Shown here: piece by piece, positions 1 to 12,210 of the stretch
Numbering within the stretch: position 1 is the stretch's first letter
How the letters are laid out: the number at the start of each line of letters is the position of its first letter
Source: Felis catus
Lineage: Eukaryota
Length of the DNA: 64,000 nt
Assembly (NCBI RefSeq): GCF_018350175.1
Contig: NC_058368.1
Location: 233,432,001-233,496,000 of the forward strand
Direction: 5' to 3'
The notes under the pieces: generated by a model
Told to the model about the DNA's origin: nothing
The model's database searches: none
What the model saw: the letters and a program-made list of their open reading frames with translations, nothing else
Position numbers and translations under genes: made by a program

Positions 1-275
1 GCTCGCCTCATCCTTAAGGCCACCTTTCCAGAGGGGCCACTGTAATTCAGACCTTTGTCCAGGTGGTGGCAGGATGGAGGTGGGGAGAGTTCTAAGGCGT
101 GGGTAACAAACTGCCTGTGCCAGGCGCTGCTGGGATCGACAGATGTCACCTGACCTGACAAGCTGTACAAAACGGTCTCTAGGGATCTCCACTTTAACCT
201 TCATGCGAAAGGGGCTGTGGCCCTATGGCTAACGTGTCCTGAAAACACTAGAAAAAGGTTATGATTTCAAAAATT

Positions 276-489
276 AAAAAAAAAATTAATGTTTATTTTT
301 GACAGAGGGAGAAAGAGACAGAGCACCAGCAGGGGAGGGGCAGAGAGAGAGGGAGACAAAGAATCCGAAGCAGGCTCCAGGCTCCGAGCTGTCAGCACAG
401 AGCCTGACGTGGGGCTCAAACCCACAAACTGTGAGATCATGACCTGAGCCGAAGTCGGGCGCTCGACTGATGGAGTCACCCAGGCGCCC
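276..489 (-). mobile_element. Can-SINE (SINEC_Fc-type)
   Basis: tRNA-derived head (gggcgcctgggtg), CT tract, A tail; TSD tgatttcaaaaatt at 262-275 and 490-503. Confidence 0.95.
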
Positions 490-744
490 TGATTTCAAAA
501 ATTTAAAAAAAAAAAGGCCAACAAACTGTACCTTTCTGACTCGAACCACTAAGTTAATATAATGGCAAAGCTGATGTAACATCGATAAACCACGTAACAG
601 AGAATCCTCAGTAGCACGAATAGACAGCACTTTTATTTCTCTACGTCTTTCAGAGTCTTTCTGCTTCAGTCTTAGAAACAGAAGCACTGCAGTATGTTAA
701 ATGCTGATACAGCAATGAAATGGGATTCTGCAAGACAGGATGAG

Positions 745-960
745 AGGTGGTTAGGACAGTAAGAATCAGCCCAGGAGCCCAGGAGCAAACCCCCAGAGTC
801 GAGAGACTTTCTGCAGGTGAACTATCCTCTCTGGCCTCAGCCTCCCCAGCTCTAAAATGGGGACAATAATAATACGTGGTTCCTTGGTCTTGTAGGACGT
901 TAAATGAGCTACATAATAAGGCACCAGGGGCAGGACTCCCAAGTGTTAGCTCCCGTTGTT
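745..960 (+). mobile_element. MIR relic
   Basis: ctctctggcctcag...ctctaaaatggggacaataata...ttaaatgag resembles the MIR core. Confidence 0.7.
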
Positions 961-1957
961 ACGCTTATGAAGAAAACATAATAATTCTCAGAGACATTTA
1001 ATGACTGTCTCTTTGCTCTGCATCTATACGAACAATAAAACCTCATTCCCCCCCCCCCCACTATGGTTTTTCCTCCAAGCAGCCTCCTTCTTTCTTCAAT
1101 CCTGTCACCAGGTAGAGGCCACGTGAAGAAAACTGTTCAGAAATATGGAAATTGGAAAATATTGCTGGTGGCAAGGACCAGGAAACAGCCGGTGACAGGG
1201 ACGTGCGCCCTGAGCTGATGTGTAGAGAGAGGAGGGGGAGGAGAGTGAAGATGTGCGGGGAGCAGAGGATGCCGATGGCGGGGCAGAGGAGAAAAGAGAC
1301 GACGTTCTTGAGGTAGAAGGATCAGGAAAGGAGACCACTGATGCGACTATAGCTCTGAACAAAAAGCACGACTTCGTTCCTGACATGATAACGGAGCTCA
1401 GTGTGCCTGTTTTGGGTTAACTATTCAAGTACAGTCCCCGGTGGAAAAGCAAGTGTCAAAATTGGCACCGTTGTAATGAAACATTATAAACAATACCATC
1501 TCCCACAGTATTTTGGCATTGATTCAGAAGGTGCCCTTCAGAGCCCAGCTTTACCCGTTTGATCTCTGGTGTAACGGCTGGCATGACTTCCTTCAAATCT
1601 GCGTCCTCCCTTTGTTGACCATCAGTGAGTCCCACTGCATACACGATGGCCTCCTGCTTACAGTGAGCTCACTGTGAGCCTTCCAGAAACGTGCTTGACT
1701 GTTAATGCCACACCCACCCACTGGTGAATGTGGAACTGGCACCAACTGTAGCGGGAGATGTGAGAGGAGGAAGAATGTCAATTCATATGGAAACGCCATC
1801 ATGGCGTTGGTGCTGGGGACAATGGCCAGTGCGGTTTGCTAGAAGGCGTATGGGATGAATATCGACGTTCTTCTCTCAGTATAGGCAGACGATTCTCCCC
1901 AGAAAAATAATGTGTTCATAATATGTTTGGATTAAAACAAAACAAAACAAAACAGGA

Positions 1958-2155
1958 GGGGCACCTGGGTGGCTGAGTCAGTTAAGCATCCGACTTCCAC
2001 TCAGGTCATGATCTCATGGTTCATGAATTCAAGCCCTGTGTCTGGCTCCAGGCTGACAGTGCAGAGCCTGCTTGGGATTCTCTCTCTCCCTCTCTCAGCC
2101 CCTCCTCCACTCGTGTTTTCTCTTTCTCTCTCAAAATAAATAAACCTAAAGAAAA
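1958..2155 (+). mobile_element. Can-SINE
   Basis: ggggcacctgggtggctgagtcagttaag head, CT tract, aaataaataaa tail. Confidence 0.93.
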
Positions 2156-3170
2156 ACACAGGAAAAAAATATACCCCCCTCTTCCTTCTTCCTCCCTCTC
2201 CACTCTGAATCTCTTGCACTGGAAACAACTGGTAACCTCTCACTTTAAAATTTCTCCTAATTGAACGTAACAATTATAATAGCAGATCACATTAACAATT
2301 TCATCGGTGTCCTTTAAAAAAATAAAATCAGTTACATGAAAAGAAGTAGATGATGCTCTTAAGGTTTAATAAAATGAAAAAAAACATTTAGAAAAGTTAC
2401 AAATACATTACAATGGGGAGTAGCAAATTTTTATTATTAGAAAAAGAAAACTCCTCTTAGAATCTTGCCTGAAAAAGTGGTGAAGTTTATCATATACCCA
2501 TGTGCTTTCGTGCATTTGTCTAGAGGAACACCTACTTTGGCGTTTTAATTGGCCAACGACTGTCTTTTTGAATGGCGGCCACCAGCTGCAGGAATAATTA
2601 CTTGTAACATTTAGTGTTACAGAGACCGCCGTGTGTACTTTGATTAATTGTACTTGAGTTTCCCACAGAAAGGCTGCTTGATTTCAGTCAATCATACTTT
2701 ATAAAATCAACATTTTTCTTGCTACGCCCTGGGTGAACCACTTTCCTCAGCCATCCATCCACCGTGTGGCACTCGCGGGCTAGCCACCTTGTGTTCTCTT
2801 TGACGCTGTTCGTGTTTGTCTCTGGCCACATGGAGAGCTGGTTGCAGATGGGAACCACACCACACCTGCCTTTGTATCCCCAAAGCAGCACAGTGTTGAG
2901 CAAAGAGCAGGGACTCGATGGATGCTTGTTCAATACATTCTTTATCTTAACGATGGACCGGAAGAGAAATTTCCAGGGGCCAGAAGCAAAGAAGCAGCTC
3001 AGTGCTAGAGGGACTGAGGCTGTGGGGTTGGCCTAGGAGTGTCCTAGGACTGGACAGAAGCTGTAACACCTAGAGGCTGATGCCCGCAGGAGGAAAAAAG
3101 GGGTTGCCTTGAGCTTGCCAAGGGTGGGGCAGCTGAGGCCAAGACCCCTGACTAAAATCAGGAGCCTCAG

Positions 3171-3339
3171 GGTGTGCATGTATCTTTTTGAATTAGTGTT
3201 TTCATTTCCTTTGGGTAAATACTCAGTAGTGGAATTCCTGTACACAACTGTTGAGTCATTATATAGTACCTAAAACTAACACAACATGTTGTATGGTATA
3301 TGTTAATTATACTTCCATAAAAACAAAACAAACAAAAAA
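3171..3339. mobile_element. Short carnivore L1 insertion, apparently with an inverted 5' piece
   Basis: 3171-3240 is the L1 ORF2 C-terminal region on the minus strand; 3241-3339 is an L1 3' tail with A-rich end on plus; imperfect TSD aaaatc..ag[g/a]agcctcag. Confidence 0.7.
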
Positions 3340-3779
3340 TCCCAGAAGCCTCAGAATGCTCTTCCCTCCATGTAAAGTCTAGAAAACTCCATGTACTAGT
3401 TGAGGCAAGTATCAACACACTTCCAGTGATAAATTCCATCTCTAAATATGGGCGATGAATTTGCAATTACACTATATGCTTCATCATGGGAACCACAAAT
3501 TGAGGGGCTATCAATTGGGTCAAAGACCAGAGAGAGTCCTTGGGGTTCCTGCAGAAGTACCCTTTTTGCTAAAGGATAATTCCCTCTGAACATGACCTCA
3601 CAATAAAAAAGAAATTATGAACTACACAGGACATAGGGCTGTATGAGGAAGAATCAACAGACACAACAAAAAGTAGAATTCGCACCACAGGATCTGCAGG
3701 TATGCTATCAATCTGCAGTAGCCTGCAGAATAAGACCAAAGAAATTAGAAGATGGATCAGAGTACACAACGAATGAGCA

Positions 3780-5165
3780 CTTATGAGAAAAAATGAGCCA
3801 CAAAGACTCTCAGGAGATGAAAATGCAGATAATGGAAAATTTAGTAGCTGTGCTAGGGGGTAGGACAGCCCTGAGGAAATACCCCATCAAACAGCGCAGA
3901 AATACAGCGATGAAACACATGAATGGGACGTTCAGGCACAGAAGGTACAATGAAAAGATTCAATATACTTGTGATGAAAGTTTGAGAAAGACAGAACAAA
4001 AGACTAGGACGGAGCAACAGCTTTGCAGGCCTGGAGCAAAACGTGAGTTCTGTGGCCGAGGCGACCCACTGGGTCCCAAACAGGAAGATGAAAGTACACC
4101 TTTACCTAAGCACAAGGGAGCTACGGCCCATGACAGATACGGAGCGAGTCCCACGAAAACAACCAGAGAGAAGACGTGTCACCTTCTAAGAAACAGTAAT
4201 TTGACTATAGATTTCTCCGCGGTCCATCAACCACAGGAAAATATAGATTCATATTTTCAAAATATTAGCTTATCATAAACCATTATTCAATGAGGAGAAA
4301 CCCGACTGTTTTTTTTTTTTTTAATACAAAAGTTGCGGACATTATGCACAGGCTCTCACTGAAAAGATGAGAAAAGGAACAATCCTTTGGGAATATGGAG
4401 GTGGGATCCCGGAGGAAGGGATGGTGTTCAGGAAGAATGGGGTAAAATGGGTACACAACAAGAATAACGATAGCAGTGAATGACAACAGCAGTTTAAATT
4501 TAGAAAAATCTGGCCTGCCCTCTTTATCTTTCTGTGCTGTTTTGTAGGTTATTTATTTGGCTCTTGCTTTACTTTTTTCAGCCTAACTGCTGAGTTTCTA
4601 ATTTCAAGAGACTGAGCATCTTATTCCATCTTCTTTATTCAAGAATGGGATTCAGATGCAGAGTACAATATTCTTCAACAACAAGGTGGAGATATTAACG
4701 AGCTCTGTTAGTCTCGTGTACATTACACATTTTAAGTTAACCAGGAAAAACAAAATACCAGGATAGATGACTTCCAAGTCACTAGAGGGAACAAAGGAGA
4801 ATAAATAAATTCCATGGATCCAAGATAATGCAGGAGAAGAGGAAAAATAAGTACAGGCAGAGAACACACATGATGGATTTAAAAAAATAAAAGCAAAATA
4901 AGATGGTAGTAGTAATTATAATACACGTAAATGCGTTATACTTGTCAGGGAAAAGAGAGAGACTGCTAGATCAGAGAAAGTAACATGCACCTGGATGTTG
5001 TTTACCAGAGACACAACATCTAAAACCCACTTACGGACGAGGAAAAGCCGAATAAAAAGATGGAAGGAAAGGACGCTGGGAGAATACTAACTACAAGAAA
5101 GCTGGCAGAGTTCTATTGACATGGGAGAAAATAGACTTCAAGGGTAAAACACTCCTTTGGGTAGA
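3780..5165 (+). mobile_element. Highly decayed old L1 (ORF1/ORF2-start region fragments)
   Basis: A-rich plus strand with L1-like phrases (e.g. aaaatagacttcaagg, ctggatgttgtttaccagagacaca); subfamily not assignable by eye. Confidence 0.55.
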
Positions 5166-5841
5166 AAGCTTTTCTATCAGCCAGTGTGTGACCTACTTTC
5201 CTTCCACAGGATGGACTTTATGTTTGTGCTTTCATTTCCGCTAGGAACAAGGTTGGTGGGATGGCATCATATTATCTTTGCTACACAAAGCACAACGCAA
5301 CCACATTGAGAGAAAAATTTCTTTTGACACACTCTGGCATTTTCCTTTACGATATCTGGCACACCTGTCCTAAAAGATGCTTTTGAGGGTGGTTTTTTCC
5401 TTCTGTTTTGTTTTTTGGGTTTGTTTTTTTTTTTTTTTTTTTTTGGTGGCACTTTTGGTTACAGTCACTCTCTTGTATTTATTACAAAATTGTAAGTCCA
5501 CTCAGGTAGTTTCGTGTTAAATTTGGCAGTAAACTATTATTAGTATTATGACAATGACAAGTATTATTCCTTTTATTGCTGATTGTAATGAAATTGTAAA
5601 CTTGAATCTCTTGTTCTACATTTTAGTTTCTACTTAAACTGGATTGTTTTGGTTATCAGATAAAATAATATGTTTTCATATTCGAAGGGCTCTCATGTAT
5701 TTTGGAAAGTATTATTATTAAAGGTACTTTCATACTAGAATATGTTAGAGTCTAAATCCACTTGTAAATTAACGTTTTCCCCCCCATTTTACCAAATGTC
5801 TTTTAAGATGGAGCTGTACTTTTCCCAGACTCCAGTTTTAA

Positions 5842-6040
5842 CGTTTATTTGTTTTTGAGACAGAGAGAGGCAGAGCATGAACGGAGGAGGGTCAGAGAGA
5901 GGGAGACACAGAATCTGAAACAGGCTCCGGGCTCCGAGCCATCAGTACAGAGCCCGACGCGGGGCTCGAACTCACGGACTGCGAGATCATGACCTGAGCC
6001 GAAGTTGGCCGCTTAAACGACTGAGCCACCCAGGCGCCCC
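5842..6040 (-). mobile_element. Can-SINE
   Basis: Full body; 18-bp TSD cccagactccagttttaa at 5824-5841 and 6041-6058. Confidence 0.96.
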
Positions 6041-6159
6041 CCCAGACTCCAGTTTTAAATGAACTGGGCCAACAGCTGGATAATGCATATTGGAAACTAG
6101 ACCAGAGGAAAATATGAATGAGGTTCACTGTGAGGTTACCGTGAATTACCAGTGTGATT

Positions 6160-6380
6160 AAAAAAAAATTTTTTTTAATGTTTATTCATCTTTGAGAGAC
6201 AGAGAGAGACAGAGCATGAGCGGGGAAGGGGCAGAGAGAGGGAGACACAGAATCTGAAGCAGGATCCAGGCTCCGAGCCATCAGCACAGAGCCCGGCGTG
6301 GGGCTTGAACTCATGAACCGTGAGATCATGACCGGAGCTGAAGTCGGACGCTCAACCGACTGAGCCCCCCGGGGCGTCCC
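6160..6380 (-). mobile_element. Can-SINE
   Basis: Full body; TSD tacca[g/a]tgtgatt. Confidence 0.95.
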
Positions 6381-7918
6381 TACCAATGTGATTTTGACCA
6401 GTGGATGCTTAGCAGTCACTGCAAGGCAACCTCAGTGCCATGCCTGCCATGGCCATGACCGTGGACATGCCTGCCTAGTGCCGGGAGCTTGTTTGCCAGG
6501 CACACCTCCACACACCTTCCAATTAATTGTAAGGGTTCTAAGCATCGACTCCAATTCTGATTCTGACTCCTACTTGCTCTCCACCACAGAGCAATCTGTG
6601 TAACATCTGTGAGGGTCTGTTGTACTAACTGTAGAATGGCCGTTCCCTCCAAGGGCTCTTGTGAGGCTAAATGAGCCGGAATACACACAATGCCTAACAG
6701 ACCAAGTCGTCAATTTTAACGGAAGGTAATATTTATTATTTGTAAACTGTGATGAGACTGGACACGTAGCTATTGATGGGGGTCCTGCCCGTCAGAGGCT
6801 GTCTATACTGATTCTGAGGGTTCTTACCCAAGGACAGGAAACTTCTGCTGGTCTTACAGTTATCGCACTCGTGGTCCTGTTCCAAAGTCTTCATTTCTGT
6901 CCTCAAGAGATCTGCTGATGTGTGCTTCCGCATTACTTTTTGTGGAGGAAAACGCTTCCTCAAAATGACTGGGCGCGGAAGCTTGCCATGGTGGGAGCAC
7001 AGGCCACCTCCACAGTTCTGTGTCTCTCACCCACGAGACGTGAGGCCAGACAAAGTCATCTCTGCTCTCAAGTTTTACGGTTCTGAAATGCTATGAAGGT
7101 CTCATGCGGAGACCCGACAGGTGAGGACCCAGGAGGGACCTCGCGGGCAGCGGGGATGGGCGACCGTGGCTGAATTCAGAGCCGCGCACTCAGAAGAAGT
7201 CGATCGGGGTGAGGATGAGGGCAAGACGTTTTCTGAGCATTTGGGTGCCGCCCAACACTCCTTCCAGCCCACAGATGTTAAATATTTATCTTGTATTTCA
7301 AGTGCCTGAAGTACTACAGTGAGCAAAACAGGGTTGAAGCAGATTCACTGGTGATCTCTCCATCTAAGATCACAAATGATATTACGAAATGGGCAGCCTG
7401 CCCGGCAGGCGCGAGGGACACTGGTAGTGACATTGGGCCGGGGGGGGGGGGGTGCTCTGCAGACTGGGTCTGGGAAGGTTAGGAGATTATTTCCAACCTC
7501 GGAGAGAGCCCAAAGCACAACAGAGTCAAGGAATCATGGTGCGTGTGAGGCCTTTCAGCGTGGCAAGGTGATGGCCACCCACCCATGCTTCCCACAGCCA
7601 CGCACATGCAGAACCCGTCCCCACGCCAGGGCATCTGGGGAAGGGGAGATTACCGGGATACTTGGGGATGCCCAACTGTCCCAGTGGTATTGGGGAGGCT
7701 GGGAGGGGGCCACATGGAGCTGGATGAGCGGACATGGTGGAAAGGAACCGCACGGACATGACATGAGTCCACGAGTGCTGACTTAGTGCCCGCTTATCAA
7801 AGTGTTTCAGTGGGCGGAACTCTGCTAGATTCCCTGGGAGACAGAAAGCAAATGTAGGAAACAATTCTCATCTCAAAAAAAAACTACTCTATGTAAGGGA
7901 GACAACAGTTACACTCAT

Positions 7919-7942
7919 CAGAGAGAGAGAGAGAGAGAGAGA
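7919..7942. repeat. (GA)n microsatellite
   Basis: Direct observation. Confidence 0.9.
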
Positions 7943-8352
7943 GGAGGAGCCAAATAAGTTGTTAAACAATCAAGTGCTAAATTATGGGGCACAGATCCTA
8001 AGTCCCATGGCGCTCAAAGAAGAGCCCACTGCAGGGGCTGGTGGGGTTTCTGAGAAACTTTCTAGAAGACAAGCAGTGGCAGGGCAACATGGGGGTGGGG
8101 GGACGCACTGGGGGGAGCGGCTAGGGCTAGGGAGGGTGGGAGTGAGGGACAGACAGCCGTGCTCTGGGCTTCTCGTTAGCAGTAACGGTGAGAACATATA
8201 AATTCCCTGACATTTTTCTCAGACTGTGCCATTGAACAAATATCTGTCTCATTTTTCTATCAGAAGGAAAAAAAAATGCGTTTCATTATCACTCTTATTC
8301 TTTGGCCGTTTTTTTAGCCCCGAGGGACCACAGGCTATGTCTCTACCTTTTT

Positions 8353-8447
8353 TTTTTAATATGAAATTTATTGTCAAATTGGTTTCCATACAACACCCAG
8401 TGCTCATCCTAACAGGCACCCTCCTCAATGCCCATCACCCACTTTCT
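8353..8447 (-). mobile_element. Extremely 5'-truncated felid L1 (3' terminal ~95 bp)
   Basis: Nearly identical to the 3' end of the L1 at 9266-9350; TSD tctaccttttt at 8342-8352 and 8448-8458. Confidence 0.88.
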
Positions 8448-9258
8448 TCTACCTTTTTATCAAACCCAGCTGTACAATGACCGGTCAGTACAGCTACATG
8501 TGTTATATTTCCTGTGTAAGAGAGGGTAACAAAGGTAGAGCTCTTGGAGGAAAAAGATCAGTCAGGCTTACCTTTGCTCAACCTCCTTTATAAAAGTATT
8601 TTACTCTAATTCTTCATACAGAGAGTTCAATACCAGTAATATTTTTTAGAAATTTTTTCCCTGTAGTGTAAGCATCAGTATTGCCTCTGGCATTTAAGTT
8701 TTCCAAAGGTCAATGTATGTTCATAGAAAGATATTAAGGATATTAACATTTCTTTCACAGACTCAGTACTTAATCCAAAAATAAATGCAAATCATACTAA
8801 CACCTCAGAGAACTGGTAGGCTTTCAAGAGGCCAGAGAATGAGCAGTGAGGACGTCATACCTCTCCATGACCACTAGGAAATATGTGTGACACACACAGC
8901 TTTGGGCCGAATGGGGAGGGTCGAATAGAAAGCACGCTGAAAGCTTTCCTGGGTTGCCTTAATTTCTTTGATATTGATGGTGAGAAAAAAGCCCTTACAG
9001 AACAGTTTACACAGTACAAAGAACCTCTTATGGGAATGAGAAGAATTCCTTCTTGATTTTATCTGGATTCCCTCTGGATCAAGGATTACAGCTGACCGCT
9101 GGTGGGGATGGGGGTGGGGGACTCATTCACTGATCTAACTCAAGTTCAGAAAGAACAGACGTCCTCAAGCCTAGTCTCCCTGACCACTCTGGCAAAATCC
9201 AGGCTTCCTTTGAAAAGGAGGGAGGCACCAGTTCATTCCCAGCACTGAGCTTTTCTCT

Positions 9259-10322
9259 CTCTCTCTTTTTTAATATGAAATTTATTGTCAAATCGGTTTC
9301 CATACAACACCCAGTGCTCGTCCCAACAGGTGCCCTCCTCAATGCCCATCACCCCCCCTCCCCCCCCACCCCTCATCAACCCTCAGTTTTTTCTCAGTTT
9401 TTATGAGTCTCTTATGGTTTGGCTCCCTTCCTCTCTAACTTTTTTTTTCCTTCCCCTCCCCCATGGTCTTCTGTTAAGTTTCTCAGGATCCACATAAGAG
9501 TGAAAACATATGGTACCCATCTTTCCCTGGATGACTTATTTCACTTAGCATAACACTCTCCAGTTCCATCCACGTTGCTACAAAAGGCCAGATCTCATTC
9601 TTTCTCTTTGCCAAGTAGTATTCCATTGTGTATATAAACCACAATTTCTTTATCCACACATCTCCAAAGGCAAGGGAATTAAAAGCAAAAATGAACTATT
9701 GGGTCCTCATGAAGATAAAAAGCTTCTGCACTGCAAAGGAAACAGTGAACAAAATAAAAGGCAACCAATGGAGTGGGAAAAGATATTTGCAAATGACGTA
9801 TCGGACAAAGGGCTAGTATCCAAAATCTATAAAGAACTCACCAAACTCCACACCTGAAAAACAAATAATTCAGCTAAGAAATGGGCAGAAGACACGAATA
9901 GACATTTCTCTAAAGAAGACATCCGGATGGCCAACAGGCACATGAAAAGATGCTCAACGTCGCTCCTCATCAGGGAAATACAAATCAAAACCACACTCAG
10001 ATATCACCTCATGCCAGTCAGAGTGGCCAAAATGAACAAATCAGGAGACTATAGATGCTGGCGAGGATGTGGAGAAACGGGAACCCTCTTGCACTGTTGG
10101 TGGGAATGCAAACTGGTGCAGCTGCTCTGGAAAACAGTGTGGAGTTTCCTCAGAAAATTAAAAATAGACCTACCCTATGACCCAGCAATAGCACTGCTGG
10201 GAATTTACCCAAGGGATACAGGAGTACTGATGCATAGGGGCACTTGTATCCCAATGTTTATAGCAGCACTTTCAACAGCAGCCAAATTATGGAAAGAGCC
10301 TAAATGTCCATCTACTGATGAA
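9259..10322. mobile_element. Young felid L1, 5'-truncated with 5' inversion (3'UTR on minus 9259-9655; ORF2 C-terminus on plus 9656-10322)
   Basis: ORFs 9628..9816 and 9927..10325 are the L1 ORF2 C-terminus ([27 protein letters not shown]); TSD tgag[c/a]ttttctct at 9246-9258 and 10323-10335. Confidence 0.93.
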
Positions 10323-11939
10323 TGAGATTTTCTCTTTAAGACAACAGATGAGTTACGGACTCCCTAGCATCTGGTGTGGGGGGTGTCAGGGTTTCATGAT
10401 GCTCCTGGGAAGGTGGGTGTGGGATCCTGAAGGCCTCGAGGGGCCACAGGCTGGGTCTGGGAGGGGCCAGGAGCCATGAAAGGTTGGCTGGGTTATACCG
10501 AAGCTGAGAGGACAGACATTACATAAGACCAAAAGCATTCTCGCAAAGGCAGCAAAGTTGCTCTGGAGATACTTTCTCTAGCCTCCGCTTCTGTTTCTTT
10601 TCTATAGCAATTTAGTCTACGAAAAAGTCAGCTTGAAACCTTAAATATACACTGTGTTCCACACCCCACCCCCCCACCCTGAAGACTGGATTCCTTAGGA
10701 ACAGAAAATGACTAATGTGGCTACTTAGGCACAATGATAGAAGTCGCTTTAATTAGAACGAGGTTTGGATTTCCAGTGGGACCACAAATGATAGTTCCTA
10801 TTCTGAAAACCTGAGAAGTGGGCTGCAGAAGCCTTGTGGGGGCCAGGAAATCAGAGGGCGGGGCCCGTGTGCTTTTCCACCTAAGGAAAATCTGAACGTG
10901 GATAATCAGGCTTTTTGGTATATTGAAGCACTTTAGAAACTTGACAAGGATTCCCAGGGGGTAGTAGTTACAACCTATAGTCTTCAGGCGATTTTAAAGA
11001 AACCTGAGATGCTCTGTGTGCATTCCAGGAAATCAGGAACCATAGTGCCACTTCTGGAAGTTTCCAACCCAATTCAAAACACCTCAACTATGATATAGCA
11101 AACACCCCCCACACAAGTTTGCAACGGTACCCAGCAGACATCGTAGAGTGCCCACTGTCAAGAGGCAGAGACGAACTTTAAGGTCTTTACACTTTTTAGC
11201 TAAAAGGTTCCAACACATTAGACTAGAATGGACCCGATGCTCAAAATCTGGCTCAGAGGGGCCTCTCTTGTTTCCACACATCTCCAATGAACAACATAAA
11301 ACACTGACTACCTTTTTTGGGTTTCTATCTCATTGCTGGCTTTCTTCCGATGCTCTCATGGGGCCACTTGCTTTTGACTCAAGAATACACTTAGATTTGG
11401 TTCTTACATCCTGAACTAGCACTTGACCCATCCAAGCTTGCAATGGTTGGTTTAAATCATTAACTAACACTATTAATGAACACTGTTAATTAAATCACTA
11501 ACAAAATATATTTTTGCATTTGCTGTTTTCATATGTCCCCAACTTTTATATCTTGGAAGTGGATATAAAAGGAGTATCTGGTTTACATTTTAATTCCCCT
11601 GCACACGAAAAGCCTCCTATTGTACTAGGAGTGGCTGCTCTAAAATACTCTGAACACTCAGAGGACATAATGCAAAATGGCGACAGAAATAAATACACAT
11701 GAATATAATTTGATGGTGTGACATCCAATGTTTCAGATAATCTTCAGCTCAGTGTCTTGATTGTACATGAGCTGCCTCAGTTTATATTCTGGGCCGCCGG
11801 CATGAAGGGTGGTTGCGTCTTCACTGGGATCCGTATCCCGTGAAATGTTAAATCAACAAGCCCGGTGTTTCAAGCCAGAAATCAGTTTGCCTTCAATGAA
11901 CACAGTTTTCAAAATAAGGTCCATACGTGAAGTACCTAC

Positions 11940-12024
11940 CAAAAGCTGTCCAGCAAAGCAGACGAAAAGGATACAGGCAAGCAAGAGAAACGCGGCTCCA
12001 AAGGAGATCCCGAGAATGGACGTC
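11940..12024 (-). CDS. ADCY2: ADCY2 exon ~15 (85 bp): TSILGISFGAAFLLLACILFVCFAGQLL; TM helix
   Basis: Acceptor tctcctggtag|, donor |gtaggt; peptide in ORF 11853..12038. Confidence 0.97.
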
Positions 12025-12210
12025 CTACCAGGAGACAAAGGGGAACAGGTTAGCGTGGGAGTAGTTCCTGTTACTCTGGAAAGCCGTCAGGAATATTTGT
12101 GGCGTAATTAGGCCTTAATTTCATGGGGCCTTCATTCCTCACTCATTTTGTGAAAAATGAAAACGGAGCTAAAACAAACCAAAAACGTGTCTATAGAAAA
12201 GCATGTCTAT

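Noticed and set aside
1958..2030. tRNA-like A/B box sequences at SINE heads
   Set aside because: tRNA-derived SINE promoters, not tRNA genes; no complete cloverleaf.
3793..4278. 161-aa plus-strand ORF
   Set aside because: Lies in A-rich decayed L1-like sequence, antisense to ADCY2, with no recognisable protein.
9927..10325. Intact-looking 132-aa ORF
   Set aside because: C-terminal part of L1 ORF2 in a truncated, inverted, promoterless copy.
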